From: Eremomyces bilateralis CBS 781.70
Lineage: Eukaryota
Direction: 5' to 3' (one strand)
Assembly: GCA_010015585.1 (NCBI GenBank)
Contig: ML975154.1
DNA: 64,000 nucleotides
Part shown: in pieces, positions 25,934 through 37,390 of the stretch
How positions within the stretch are numbered: position 1 is the first letter of the stretch
How the letters are laid out: each line of letters begins with the position of its first letter
Translations under genes and position numbers: made by a program
Notes under the pieces: model-generated
What the model was told of the DNA's origin: nothing
The model's input: only the letters and a program-made list of their open reading frames with translations
The model's database searches: none

Positions 25934-27657
25934 ATGGCCGCCGTCTTACCGCCCTCGCATAATATCCGCGATGGGCAATACTTCAATTCCTCATTACGAC
26001 GCACCTCTCCTTCCCGATCCGCTTACCGGAGTTCCTCGCCATCATATCCTGTCCTTCGTTCCAATTCATGCGCCTCGACCCTCGATAATCCATCTCTCCC
26101 CAACTCCGCACCCCCCTCCTCCCGGTCGTCCCAGATCGAATTGACGAGAGCTGCCGGTCTACCGGTTCGTTCAAGAAGTAATCCATGCTTGTCCACCGGC
26201 TTTGGGGAAGAGGAGATCTCTTTTCCTGCGTACGGGCGTAGTGAGCTACCCGACCAACATGAGGATTTGGAGCCGCCCACGAGTCCGCGCACAGAAAATT
26301 CCTATACGACCCCGTCATCCGCCGGTGACTCGACCGAGACCACGACACCGGATGCCGTCTATCACGCCGAAGATGACACGTCGATCAAGCCGGAACCCAC
26401 CCGACATGTCGACTATCTTTCATACGACTGGCGGGAAGAAGATATCTGGAGTTCGTGGCGACATATTGTTGCGCAACGGCGGGTCCTTGGGGAGCGGTCA
26501 CGGTTAGAGAACGCGTCATGGCGACAATGGGCAAAGCAACAGAACAAACTCAAGACCGTTGCACCTGAGTCACTGAATTGGTAGGTGCCGGTCCAATTGG
26601 GTTCCTCGATGAACTCAATGCTAACTTAACTCCCAGGTTAAAAGACTGTGACGTGACATGGCTATACGGCCCGTTGCAAACCGCCACGTCAATTTACATC
26701 AGCCAGCAGATGGATGAGCCACCGTCCAAATCAATATCGCGAAGTAACTCATTTCTTGCGAAAAAGCCCATCTTAAAGAAACGGAGCATGTCGGAAATTA
26801 TGCTGCAAAAGTCCTTATCAGCCGCATCCCTACTCAAACAGGCCACCGCAGCCGTTCAAGCTCAACAAGGACGAGAAGCGCGAAGGGGACGGCCGATACT
26901 ATACCGAGCCATCTCGGATTTTATACCGCCTCCCCTTCCCTCAAAGACGATCAGTCGCGATGGGACGGTCAGTTCCTCACGCTCCTCGGGTCTTCACACG
27001 CCGAACGGCGAGCGAAAACACATCCGATTCGACGACAAAGTCGAGCAATGCATCGCGGTGGACCAACAAGGGGAAGATGACGAAGCCATCGTCGACTGGG
27101 GAAACGATTCCGACTCCGACGACGGCATTATTATGATGAAGCCCTCCAAGAAAAAGCCCCTCTCCCGCACCCACTCCCGCACCTCCTTCGCCTCCGACAG
27201 CAAAACCATCGCCATGCTCCCCGCCACCACCCTCAAATACCGCACCGACTCCCCCGACATCCTCGACCACCCCTCCCACTCCCTCCCCTCGAACTCCTTC
27301 TGGCGCTCCCCTCGCTTCTCCCCCTCCCCCTCCCAAGAAACCCTCCGCCCCTCCCGCCCCTCCGCCAACTTCCTCCTCGACCCAGATGACGACGACGACG
27401 ACCCCGACATCTCCTGGGAGCCGTCCCTCGCCTACGCCTCGAACGGGGACTCCCCGCGCAACGACGCGATCGACGGCGCGGCCCCGGCCGGATCCGGCGC
27501 GATGCGTCGCACTGCAAGCGGTATGTTCATGCCCTATGAAGACGACAGGGAGGAGGAGCCCGGGGGCGAGTCGGGCTTGTTCGGACGCGTGGTCGACTCG
27601 GTGAACACGGCGAAAGACATCGCGCATGTGATCTGGAATGTCGGCTGGCGCCGGTGA
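25934..27657 (+). CDS. REG1: PP1 (Glc7) regulatory subunit Reg1, glucose repression (DUF1752 domain)
   Basis: HVDYLSYDWREEDIWSSWRHI..RLENASWRQWAK..PESLNW; intron 26581-26636; LKDCDVTWLYGPL, KPILKKRSMSE, RVxF-type KHIRFDDKVEQCIAV; C-terminal VNTAKDIAHVIWNVGW. Confidence 0.92.
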
Positions 27658-29047
27658 TAAGGACGATGTCGGCCGGGGGTTTCGCGTTTCGTCGAGGCAC
27701 CGTGCCTCGCGTTCTTCTCCGTCGCCGCCGCCGCTCCCTCCCCACCTACCGAGCTCTTTGCCCTGCCGTCTTTGATACCCCCTACCTTACCTAATATCCA
27801 TTCTGACAGCGATTTCCCCCGCAGGCAACCTCGCCTCCTTCCTCTCTCTCGCCCCCTCCACGTCCCCCTCCTCCCCTCCCTCTCCTCCACACCTCTCCGG
27901 CAGCCGCGGTTCCCCCCCTGCGACCCGCAAACCCCCCGACTCCGGCCGACGCACGCGCAGTCGGTTCACGGCTTCATGACGACGGACTAGTAATGCACAC
28001 ACCAACAACGACGCGGGCGGGCCAGCACATAGAACGGCGTTTTGCTTCTCTGTTTTTTTCCTTACCGAAAAACATGGGGAGCCGGTTGGGTTGGGTGGGA
28101 ATGGGATGGGAATGGGATGGGAATCGGAACGGACGCGATCAGCGGTCCGGATCATGGCATGGCATTTTTAGAGCCGTGGAAATGGAAAAAGTCCATGCAT
28201 TGAGGCTGTTTTTGATATACGTGCTTTTTCGCTGGTCGGTGCTCTGCTATTCACGACAGATAATGTCTTGGGCCTCGCGAATTGAGTCCTAAGGTAATTC
28301 CAATGTGCCTAGCATGATATCCTAATAATTCCACACCCACCAACAAATCCTTAGCATTGCTCTCCAGCACCTCCGATATTCTCCGGCTATTGTAGCAAGT
28401 CCCGTATCGTAATATAAACAATTCCCTTAGGTAATACCAACGGAATCGATTTTGCGGTATCCAAACGGAAACGGAAGGTGCGACAAAGTGGTCTAGAACA
28501 TGGGATCATCAGGGTGAGATCATGCGGCACAGGTCGATGGATCGGTACCGCGGAGCGGGACTGGGCTGGGCCAGGGGAGGGTGGTCAGGCTGTAAGGCAT
28601 ACAGGCAGAAAGGTAGCTGGCGGGTGACGACACAGGAGATCAGATGAAGTTGCAGTTGATATGTGAGTAGATATGCCCCTGGATCGGATGTCGACAGGCG
28701 CATGGGGTTTAATCTGGGACACTTGATGGGTCTGTCGATTGGGCGGGTTCGACTTCTGGGGAGCTCTCAGAGATGGCTGATATTAACCACTCGTGTGCTG
28801 GTGTACTTCCTGGCAACTCACACGTCCAACTCCTCAGGCGCGGGGAAGTATGATGGATGGAGGCCTAAAGAAGGACGGACTTGAGCACAAACAGGTCTGG
28901 TCATGGATAGGGAGGTGCTGATATATGGATGATCGTAAATTTCTAAGATCAGTCCCGAACTCCTGAAACGAGCATGCCATGATCCACGTCCCGAGCCGTG
29001 GAATGGTAGAGATGTGAGGCGAACAACCCCATGCCGCTAACGACTGC

Positions 29048-30528
29048 TTATTTGATGCGGTCCAACTTGAATTTATTCCGTTGAATCTCGTCGTCGACGT
29101 GGTCAACCTAACACAGTTAGCGAGCCGCCTTCCAGTAGCGGAAAGCGGACGACATACCTTCGGATTCAACCGATCCAACACATGATTCTGCGCCTCCACC
29201 TCCCTCCCCATCGCCCCCGCCAATGTCTTCAACCGCCTCGCCCCGCCATGCAAATGGTCCAAATTCCGATCAATCTCATTCTCCATATCCTCATCCTCAC
29301 TGTCCGCCTCGAACTGAAACTTCGCCCGATCCTGCAAACTCGCCTTGCCCGGCTGCCCGCGCTCCCCTTGCCCCGCGCCACGGAGCTCCTTCTCCGCCTC
29401 GTTCTGCCGCGCCTTGCTCTTGTACTGGTCAAACCGCGTATCCTCTCGCTGCTCCCGCTCCTTTCGATGCGTGTCGACGATGCGCTCCTGCGCCTCCTCC
29501 TGCCGCTTCGCCGACGTGAACGGGTTGCCCACGTGTACCGCGAACATGCTCCGGTTCAGCGTCTTCAGCTCCCCGGCCTTCTCGCTCGCCATCCGGTTCT
29601 GGTTGCTCGCGAGATCGAGGTTCTTCTCCGTGTTATGCAGCCGCTCGCCTTGCCCGCCGAGTCGCCCGAGTGTCTCGCTCCCTGTCTGGTACGCCTGGTC
29701 GACCAGACGTAGCGCGTTGCGCGTCGAGGATACGTCTTGCTGCTTGATCTGCCGCACCTGCTGCTTCGTTGCCTGCACGTCTTCCTCCTCCTGCTCTTCC
29801 GCGGTGAGTTGCCGGTCCGCGTACGCACTGCCATACTCCCCGTCGCCACCCTCGTTCGCGTTGCCGGTAGGCGGAGCGTTCTGCGATTCCTGGCGCTGCA
29901 TGCGGCGCTGCGGGTCTCCGAAGAGCTCGTTGCGACCGGCGTCGGTGTTGGTGGTCTCGTTGCTGTTGTGCCGCGGGAGGCGAGATCCCATGCCGCCGTA
30001 GCCGCCGGGTCCGTAGCGGGAGCCGCTGTCGTTGGAGGGGGGCTCATCGCCGTATTTGTTGGCGCCGTAGCCGCTTTGGCCGCCGTAACTGCCTTGGCCG
30101 CCGTAGCCGCCACTTTGGCTGGATCTACCGCTTTGGGGGTTGGATCCTCCGCCGTAGCCTCCGCCGTAGCCTCCGCCTTGGTTGTTATTCCCTCCGCCAT
30201 ACCCGCCTGCAGGTACGGGGGTTTTCTCCTGCCGGGCGCGGTCGCTTTGGCCGTTATTGCTATACGGTGGCGGGGGACTCCCGTGACTGCCATTGCCGCT
30301 GTGGCCTCCATAACCGCCCTCCATGTTGCCCTTGGGTTTCGGGGCGTAAGGATCGGGACCGGAGTTCTGGGCGTAGGGATCGGGGCTGTTGGAGTTCTGA
30401 GCGTAGGGGTTCTGAGACCTGGGCTTGTCTTTGTTGGAGCGGGAACCGAAGAGGGCGTTGCGGGAGTCGGTGTCGTCGTCAGCGTCTTTGCCGTTCTTGC
30501 GGCTGGAGCCGAAGCCGAATTTGCCCAT
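29048..30528 (-). CDS. SEC9: Plasma-membrane t-SNARE Sec9 (SNAP-25 family)
   Basis: G/Y/N-rich N-terminus and two SNARE helices (IKQQDVSSTRNALR..QGERLHNTE; EDMENEIDRNLD..GREVEAQN). Intron 29108-29157, then last exon VDHVDDEIQRNKFKLDRIK* (TAA at 29048-29050). Confidence 0.92.
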
Positions 30529-31291
30529 TGTCGTAGGTGGATTTGGGAGACGGAATGGGTTTGTTGGGGGGAATGATGGGGTTCTTTGGCAGAGGAGTGG
30601 GAGTTGTGAGGTGGATTGAGTGTTGCCTGTCGAGGTTGGATGGAACGGTGATGTATTAGAGTATGGGGTGAGTTGTTGTTGTGGGGTCGTCTCAGCTGTT
30701 TCAATTTCTATTTCAGGGTCTTCCAGGTGTGGCGGTGTTAATGGACAGCAAGGAGGGAGTGGCAGCAGGTTCGGTTGAATATTCTAGGAGTCGGCCAAAT
30801 CGTGAAATTGTTCGGATTGCAACAAAGGCAAAGTAGTAATACTTATGGTATATTGCGTTTCACAGGCATTTCTAACAATAGTCGGCTCCTATCATATCAG
30901 CTCCTTCATATGACAGCGTCTGCGCCACACCTCCACGCAACAAGACTCAGGAGACTTACGAGTTACGACATTAGGTGAATGGTACGGAGTAGACTTGGTA
31001 TTGAACGACGGCAAGACACCGGCATCCAACGTCCAAATGCTTTTGAATTGATCTGCGATACGATACATTCACAACGCCATCGTCCCTCGAAAAAGCCGCA
31101 ACGACGAAAAAGCCCTTTCGAAACCCTCATCATTAACAGCCCTGATTGTATCGCCCGTTCTAGGCGTATGAAAAGTCCTGGCCGTACCGGTCGGAGCAAC
31201 GGATGGATAGAATTACATGTCGTGGAAAAGACAGTCTCCACACCTTCCTACTGAGTTTATGTTGTCGTGCTAGAGAAATGAGAATGGACGA

Positions 31292-33102
31292 CTACCATGC
31301 ATTGACGTCGAAGTATTCCTGCGATGGATGTTAGCTATGCACCTCGAAACCCGATGGAACTGTATAAATACCTCGCTGAAGAACGAAACCACGACGGTGC
31401 GGTCGGCGAATTTCCGGCCGGCCAACGCCTTGAACGCTCGCTGCGCGGACTCCGGCTGCTCGAACTTGACGAAGATCTTCCCGACGCCAGCCGATTGCCG
31501 TCCGCCGCTGGGACGCGGGATTTTGAGGTCGTTGACGGGGCCGTATTTGGCGCATTCTTCCTTGACGTCTTCGCAGATTTCTAGGTGGGTGGGTTAGTAA
31601 TGGAAGTTAGGGGCTAGATGGGGTGACGTACCTTCGTATTCGTCGTTGTCCATCAGTTCTTCGGGTGTGACCATGTTCAGTAGCTGGAGCACGCGTCCCT
31701 GCTCTAACTCCTCCGTCGTCGTCCCAGCCAGCATCGTCATCGCATTGACGCCCATCTCCAAGCCCGAGGCCTGTTGCTGACCGATGCTCGCCCGCTGGAC
31801 CTTCAGATGCTCCTCACCCAGCTCCATACCGTTCAGCCCTTCGACAGCGATGTCCGTGCTCGACGGATCGGTGTATTCGCAGAACGCAATGCCTCGCGAC
31901 TCCTCGGAGCCGATGTCTTTGACCAGCACAAATTTCTTGAGCTCACCGAACGATTGCAGCAGCTCGGTGACTTGCTCGTCGTTGAGATATGTCGGGACGT
32001 GCGAGATGCAGATCTTGTTCGCGGAGTCGCGGACCACGGCAGCGAGCACGCCTTCGGGCTCCTCCGCGTCGTCCAAGGCAGGCGCAACGATGTAGTCTTT
32101 CGGTCGTCGGATCGATAGCCCGGCGGTGTCTCCGTTCGATGCACCGTTCGATGCGGTTTTGGCCTCCATGCTGATTCCATCTAATGCCAACGCCATCGTC
32201 GCATCTTCCGGCGTCTTGAACTCCAGCAGCGCGTACGCTCGATCCGAAGTGATCTGCGCGACCAAGCAAGGGTTCTCACCACTGATGACGTTCAGCCCGT
32301 TGAGTTGGAGGTTGAAGAACTCCACCAGCGACTCATCCGTGGTGGTTGCCGGGATATTATACGCGAACAACCGCTTCGCCTGCCTCGCCTTCGACGGCTT
32401 CAACGACGATGTCACCGCCGCGCTAGTTGACGGGTTCATAAACGCCTGCAACCGGCTCGGATCCATCGGCTGCTGCCGCGGCGCCCCCGGCAACGGGAAC
32501 ATCCCCGACAACTTCGCCTGCTCCGCCGTCACGTTCTCGTATCCCGGCGGCTTGATATCCCACTGCGTCAACCGCCGCTTCCGCTGCAACACCCCCACCG
32601 TCCCCGTCAAATCCGGCGTCGGTTCCCTCTTCTTCGCCGGGGGACTCTTGCTCCGCTTCCGCTCCCGGTCGCCCCCCCGGTCACCGCGGTCCCGTCGTCC
32701 TCGTCCCCCACGGTCGTCGAACAGGTCGCGGTCCCGTCGCGGTTCGCCATCGTCAGCGCGTCGATCACGGCGCGGGCCGCGGTCGCCGCGCTCCCAACCG
32801 CTGCGGTCTTCGCGGCGGTCGCGGCCGGCGTAGCGGTCTTCGCGCTCGCGCTCGCGGTAGTCGCGACTGGAGGAGTAGGTGTCGCCGTCGTAATCGCGGC
32901 GGGAGGAGCGGTGGCCGTGGGGGGAGCGGGAGCGTCGGCGGGTGGTTCGGTCGCGGTCTCGGCGGTCGTCGCGCTCGCCTCGGTCAGCTCTCGAGGACTG
33001 GAGGATTGGTGAGTGGTGGTTTAGGAGTGGGGAGGGGAGAGGACTTACGTAGTGGTCTCGCGACGACCCGTGTCGGGAGGAGGAGTAGGTTTCGCCGTTC
33101 AT
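31292..33102 (-). CDS. U2AF2: Splicing factor U2AF large subunit (U2AF65)
   Basis: RS/RD-rich N-terminus, RKRRLTQWDIKPPGYENVTAEQAKLSGMFPLPG, two RRMs and a UHM (VLQLLNMVTPEEL..ICEDVKEECAKYG..GVGKIFVKF..GRKFADRTVV). Introns 32998-33048, 31581-31631, 31319-31371; ends EYFDVNAW*. Confidence 0.95.
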
Positions 33103-33645
33103 CGCTGCTCACGGGGGTTGGGATATCCCTCGATTGGAAGTGAAACGCCAAAGTTTTGCGCGTGGTGATATGCGGGTCCGTAGCACGAAGACACGATAGT
33201 TGCTTGGGTCGTGTCGTCGATGGATCCGAAATGAAGGGCGACTGGCACCGACCTGCGATACGATTCAGGACGAGATTGGTGAGGGAGCGCAGATAGAATT
33301 GATGATGATCAACGGGGAGGTTCAGCAAAAGTTCCAGCGTTCAGTTCATGTTGGCGTCTGAACAGCAAAGTCTCGTGGCAAGGGTTTGGCGCACTGGTCG
33401 TATTCGTCCGCCGGATCACAGTGTCAGATATGATGGATGAATGTTCTCCTTATTTCGAAGCGCGCAGTCCTCGACTTTCGTTCATTTATACGTTCGTCAA
33501 TTGTATAAAAAGAGCAAGGATAAACCGCTTTGTGTACTGAGCTATCATGTCCATTTGGTGATTTTCTAAAAGAGCCTGGACCTTGGAGAGAGCCCCTATA
33601 TTGTTCATAGTTGTTCCCCTGTCCCGCTCCTCTCCAACAGCGAAG

Positions 33646-34934
33646 ATGGGTGTATTACGAACCTCCGAATGGCAGAAACTGCCCATGAGTCTCAATGAAC
33701 TCTGTATAAACACCACCCTTCGCTGCGGCCAAACCTTCAGGTGAATCCCCCCTGTTTTCAATCCCCGCCTCTTCCTAACATCCCTAGATGGCGCCAATCC
33801 CCCTCCTCCGAATGGTCCATCGCCCTCCACGGCCGCATCCTCTCCCTCCGCCAGGACGCCTCCCACCTGCACTACCGCACCGTCTCCCCCTCCCTCCCCA
33901 CCTCTAATAAAACTCCTCTACCCTCACAATCCCTAGATAAAGACGATACCGTCCCCCTCCTCCACCACTACTTCAACCTCACCCCCCACCTCCCCTCCCT
34001 CTACGCCCACTGGTCCGCCCTCGACCCGCACTTCCGGCGCCTCGCTCCCCGCTTCACCGGCGTGCGCATCCTCCAACAAGACGCATGGGAGGCCCTCGTC
34101 GGGTTCATCTGCAGCAGCAACAACCACATTTCTCGCATCTCCTCGATGGTCGAGAAGTTGTGCACGCACTTCGGGACGCTGATCGGCGAGGTCGACGGGG
34201 TGAAGTATTTTGATTTTCCGGAGCCCAAGGCGCTGGCGGGGGAGGGGGTGGAGGGAAGGCTAAGGGAGCTGGGGTTCGGGTATCGGGCCGGGTATTTGTG
34301 GAAGACGGCGAAGGTGGTGGATGAGCGGGGGGTCAGGTGGTTAGAGGGGTTGCGGAATCCCGAGGCGTGGGGGTCAGGGGCGTCGACGATGGCGGAGGGG
34401 GGACGGGAAGGATATCGGACGGCGCATGAGGCGCTGTTAACGCTGGCGGGGGTCGGGCCGAAGGTGGCGGATTGCGTGTGTTTGATGGGGTTGGGGTGGG
34501 GGGAGGCGGTGCCGGTGGACACGCATGTGTGGCAGATTGCGCAGCGGGACTATCGGTTTGGGAAGCGGGGGCAGAAGAGCTTGACGAAGGGGACGTATGA
34601 TGCGGTGGCGAATATGTTTCGGGGGTTGTGGGGGAGTGAGGCGGGGTGGGCGCATTCGGTGCTGTTTACGGCGGATTTGAAGGCTTTTGCGGAGAAGGGG
34701 AGGGAGGGTGTGAAGAAGGTTAAGGAGGAAGAGGAGGTGGAGCTGATGCGGTTTAAAGAGGAAGAGGGGACGGTGATGGAGATGAAGCGGATTACGAAGG
34801 AGGAGGAGACGGTTGTCGCTAAGGCGTTGAGGAGGGATAGTCGGAAGAGGAGCGTGGTGGAGGATGAGGAGAAGGTGGTCACGGTTAAGGGGGAGGTGGT
34901 TAGGAGATCGAAACGGCGGAAGCAGACGGGGTGA
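33646..34934 (+). CDS. OGG1: 8-oxoguanine DNA glycosylase/AP lyase
   Basis: ELCINTTLRCGQTFR|W across intron 33741-33787; GVRILQQDAWEALVGFICSSNNHISRI; LGFGYRA; HhH-GPD LAGVGPKVADCVCLMGL..VPVDTHVWQIA; AGWAHSVLF. Confidence 0.95.
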
Positions 34935-35557
34935 GAGACATGGTGGACGCCAATGAATGATACCTAGCAAGGCTGTTAGGAGCAGCTAATTGTATGTATA
35001 GTATTCACGCAGCAATGAGTTGAAGCTTATGGTGAAGGACAGGCGTAATACTACTACTGATCCTATGAATCGAACTGTTCATTCAGTCAGGGTCTCTTTC
35101 TGCCCAACAATGATGGTGCCAGTTATTCGAATATTGAACATCAGGGCTACATACAACCAATAGCTGGGAATTCGGGGAGCGTTTCATGTCTCTTGACTTG
35201 CCGATTCGATATTGCAGATGTTGAATGTTGAATCTCGGATCATGTACGGGAATATCAAGGAGTTAATGACATGGCTCACGTGCTGTGAATGTACCATTCC
35301 GTCAAGGATCAACGTCATCCATATTATTCTTGAGTAAGGTTGAACCAATTCAATATTTCCTTTCCTTCTCCGTCTCATGACCATTATTTGTCCTACGATT
35401 GATTCAATTCCCTATAAATTCACGTCCTGCCGGATTTCCTTCCTGTCACCGAAGAACCGCCTATTACAATAAACATCTCAATCCTCCTCACACCCCGCAA
35501 ACAAAGACTATTTACACGACCAACTATAGGCCAATACCTTCCCATCCGACCACCATC

Positions 35558-36718
35558 ATGCCCCAACCCCCCCAACCAGGCGAACCAACCTCAACCCCCC
35601 GCCCCCCCCGCCCCCGCTTCTTCCGCAACTCCTCCCCCCCCACCTCCCGCACCCCCCACAAACAGCTCTTCGCCTCCCTCCACCGCCTCACCACCCTCCA
35701 CCCCCCTTCCTCCATCCCCCCATCGGGCGGCCTCTACTCCGGCGCCCTCGGCGTCGCCCACCTCCTCGCCCTCCTCCACCCACTCCACCCCTCCCTCCGC
35801 CTCGACGACCACTCCCTCGCATCCTGGTCTGCCGCCTACCTCCACCGCGCCGAGGAACACATGAAAGACTTCCCCGGCCCATCGCCCAGATGCTGCGGTG
35901 TCAGAGATGATATACTAGTGGTTCTAGCGCTGGGGGCCGCAGGGACGCAGGACACGGCGCTGGTGGAGGAGCTGGTACGGTATGCTGCGGTGGCATGCGA
36001 CCCCGACGCCGAGAACGAGTGGCTGAACGGCCGCGCGGGGTATCTCTACCTCCTCCGCCTAGTCCGCGTATCCTTCCCGAACAACGCTGAGGTTGCCTCG
36101 CTCATCAACGGCGCGGCGACGGAGGTGATCGACGCGATACTCGAGGCGCCGCGGCCGTGGACGTGGCGGAGGAAAGCGTATGTGGGTGCGGCACACGGGG
36201 CGATGGGGATCATCGTGCAGATCGTGTTGACGGACCCGACGCGGGCGGGGGAGGTGGAGGCAGATTTGGGGGCGTTGTTGAGTTATCAGTTTGAGAGTGG
36301 AAATTGGCCGAGTTCGATCCCGGTGGGGCGGGATCGGTTGGTGCAGTTTTGTCATGGGGCGGCGGGGATGGCGACGTCGTTGGTGAGTATCCGTGAGCAC
36401 TTTCCAGCGCTGCAGGAGCGGATTGACGGGGCGGTGAAGAGGGGGCGGGAGTGTATTTTGGAGCGGGGGCTGTTGACGAAGGAGCCGTGTCTGTGCCATG
36501 GGATCTCGGGGAATGCGCTGGCGCTGGAGGATGAGGGGTTGGAGCATTTCTTGTCGTATACGACGGGGCATGAGATGAAGGGGATGGAGCGGGATGGGAT
36601 GATGGAGCGGAGTGAGGAGCCGTGGGGGTTGTTTGGAGGGGAGGCGGGGAGGGCATGGGCATGGGCGGTGGTGGATTCGGGATTGGAAAGGAGGGTGTTG
36701 GGGTATAATGATATTTGA
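35558..36718 (+). CDS. Lanthionine synthetase C-like (LanCL) protein, 386 aa, intronless
   Basis: LanC motifs GLYSGALG, EWLNGRAGYL, YVGAAHGAMGI, SGNWPSS, LVQFCHGAAG, ERGLLTK..CLCHGISGNA. First ATG 35558; the ORF track starts earlier at a TTG. Confidence 0.9.
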   Translation: MPQPPQPGEPTSTPRPPRPRFFRNSSPPTSRTPHKQLFASLHRLTTLHPPSSIPPSGGLYSGALGVAHLLALLHPLHPSLRLDDHSLASWSAAYLHRAEEHMKDFPGPSPRCCGVRDDILVVLALGAAGTQDTALVEELVRYAAVACDPDAENEWLNGRAGYLYLLRLVRVSFPNNAEVASLINGAATEVIDAILEAPRPWTWRRKAYVGAAHGAMGIIVQIVLTDPTRAGEVEADLGALLSYQFESGNWPSSIPVGRDRLVQFCHGAAGMATSLVSIREHFPALQERIDGAVKRGRECILERGLLTKEPCLCHGISGNALALEDEGLEHFLSYTTGHEMKGMERDGMMERSEEPWGLFGGEAGRAWAWAVVDSGLERRVLGYNDI

Positions 36719-37330
36719 GGGGTTGGGACTGGGAAGATTACACGGTCAGGATGTGGTGGTACAGGCGGCAGGACGGCTGCTTCTGGGGTTGGCCGACTAC
36801 TTCTACTGGTCGCAGGATGGACTGCTGGTTCAGGATGGGACCTCCGATGACCATTACGAAGGACGAAACGCATGATGCACCTCGACACCATATGAGGATG
36901 GAGAGCGTGAGGTCGGGACACCCATGGCATGACGCGAGACACGATGAACGCAAGAGAAGCAGAGCCATGATCAGGCAGCGTTCCTCACCCGTCGCAAGAT
37001 GTATACTTAAAGAAAGAAAGTACCTTGTGTATTATTATCATTTGAGACGGATTCGATCTCAGGATCCTGGTCATGCTGGGCTGGTATTGGTTGATAAGTG
37101 ACCGACGAGGGACCCTGTTGGTGCATGATGGACATGTGGGATGTCGCAGGTCGACGACCTGTAGATTTGTGATGATGTTGTAGGAATTACTTGGAGTGGG
37201 ATTGACTGAAGTAGTTCCGTTTACACTGTTAAGAAGATCATTTCCAATACCAATGTGAATCTCTCTGTTCTCTCGATTGTTCCGATGATGTCAAGGGGTC
37301 AAGTCTGAGTACAGTAGGGCTGTAAGGTGT

Positions 37331-37390
37331 CAAGGCATCCAGGGATCAGGCATCAAGTCATCCAGGAACCAGGCATCAAGGCCATCAGGG
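37331..37390. repeat. Imperfect 23-bp tandem repeat, about 2.6 copies
   Basis: CAAGGCATCCAGGGATCAGGCAT / CAAGTCATCCAGGAACCAGGCAT / CAAGGCCATCAGGG. Confidence 0.75.

Noticed and set aside
29182..30704. Long alternative-frame and antisense ORFs over SEC9 (likewise over NOP14, RAX2, MTD1, U2AF65 and the subtilisin)
   Set aside because: Shadow ORFs expected from GC-rich, skewed codon usage; low-complexity products with no motifs.
33302..33361. Box C/D snoRNA (ATGATGA...CTGA)
   Set aside because: Short, no terminal stem or recognisable rRNA guide, and it lies in the U2AF65/OGG1 divergent promoter.
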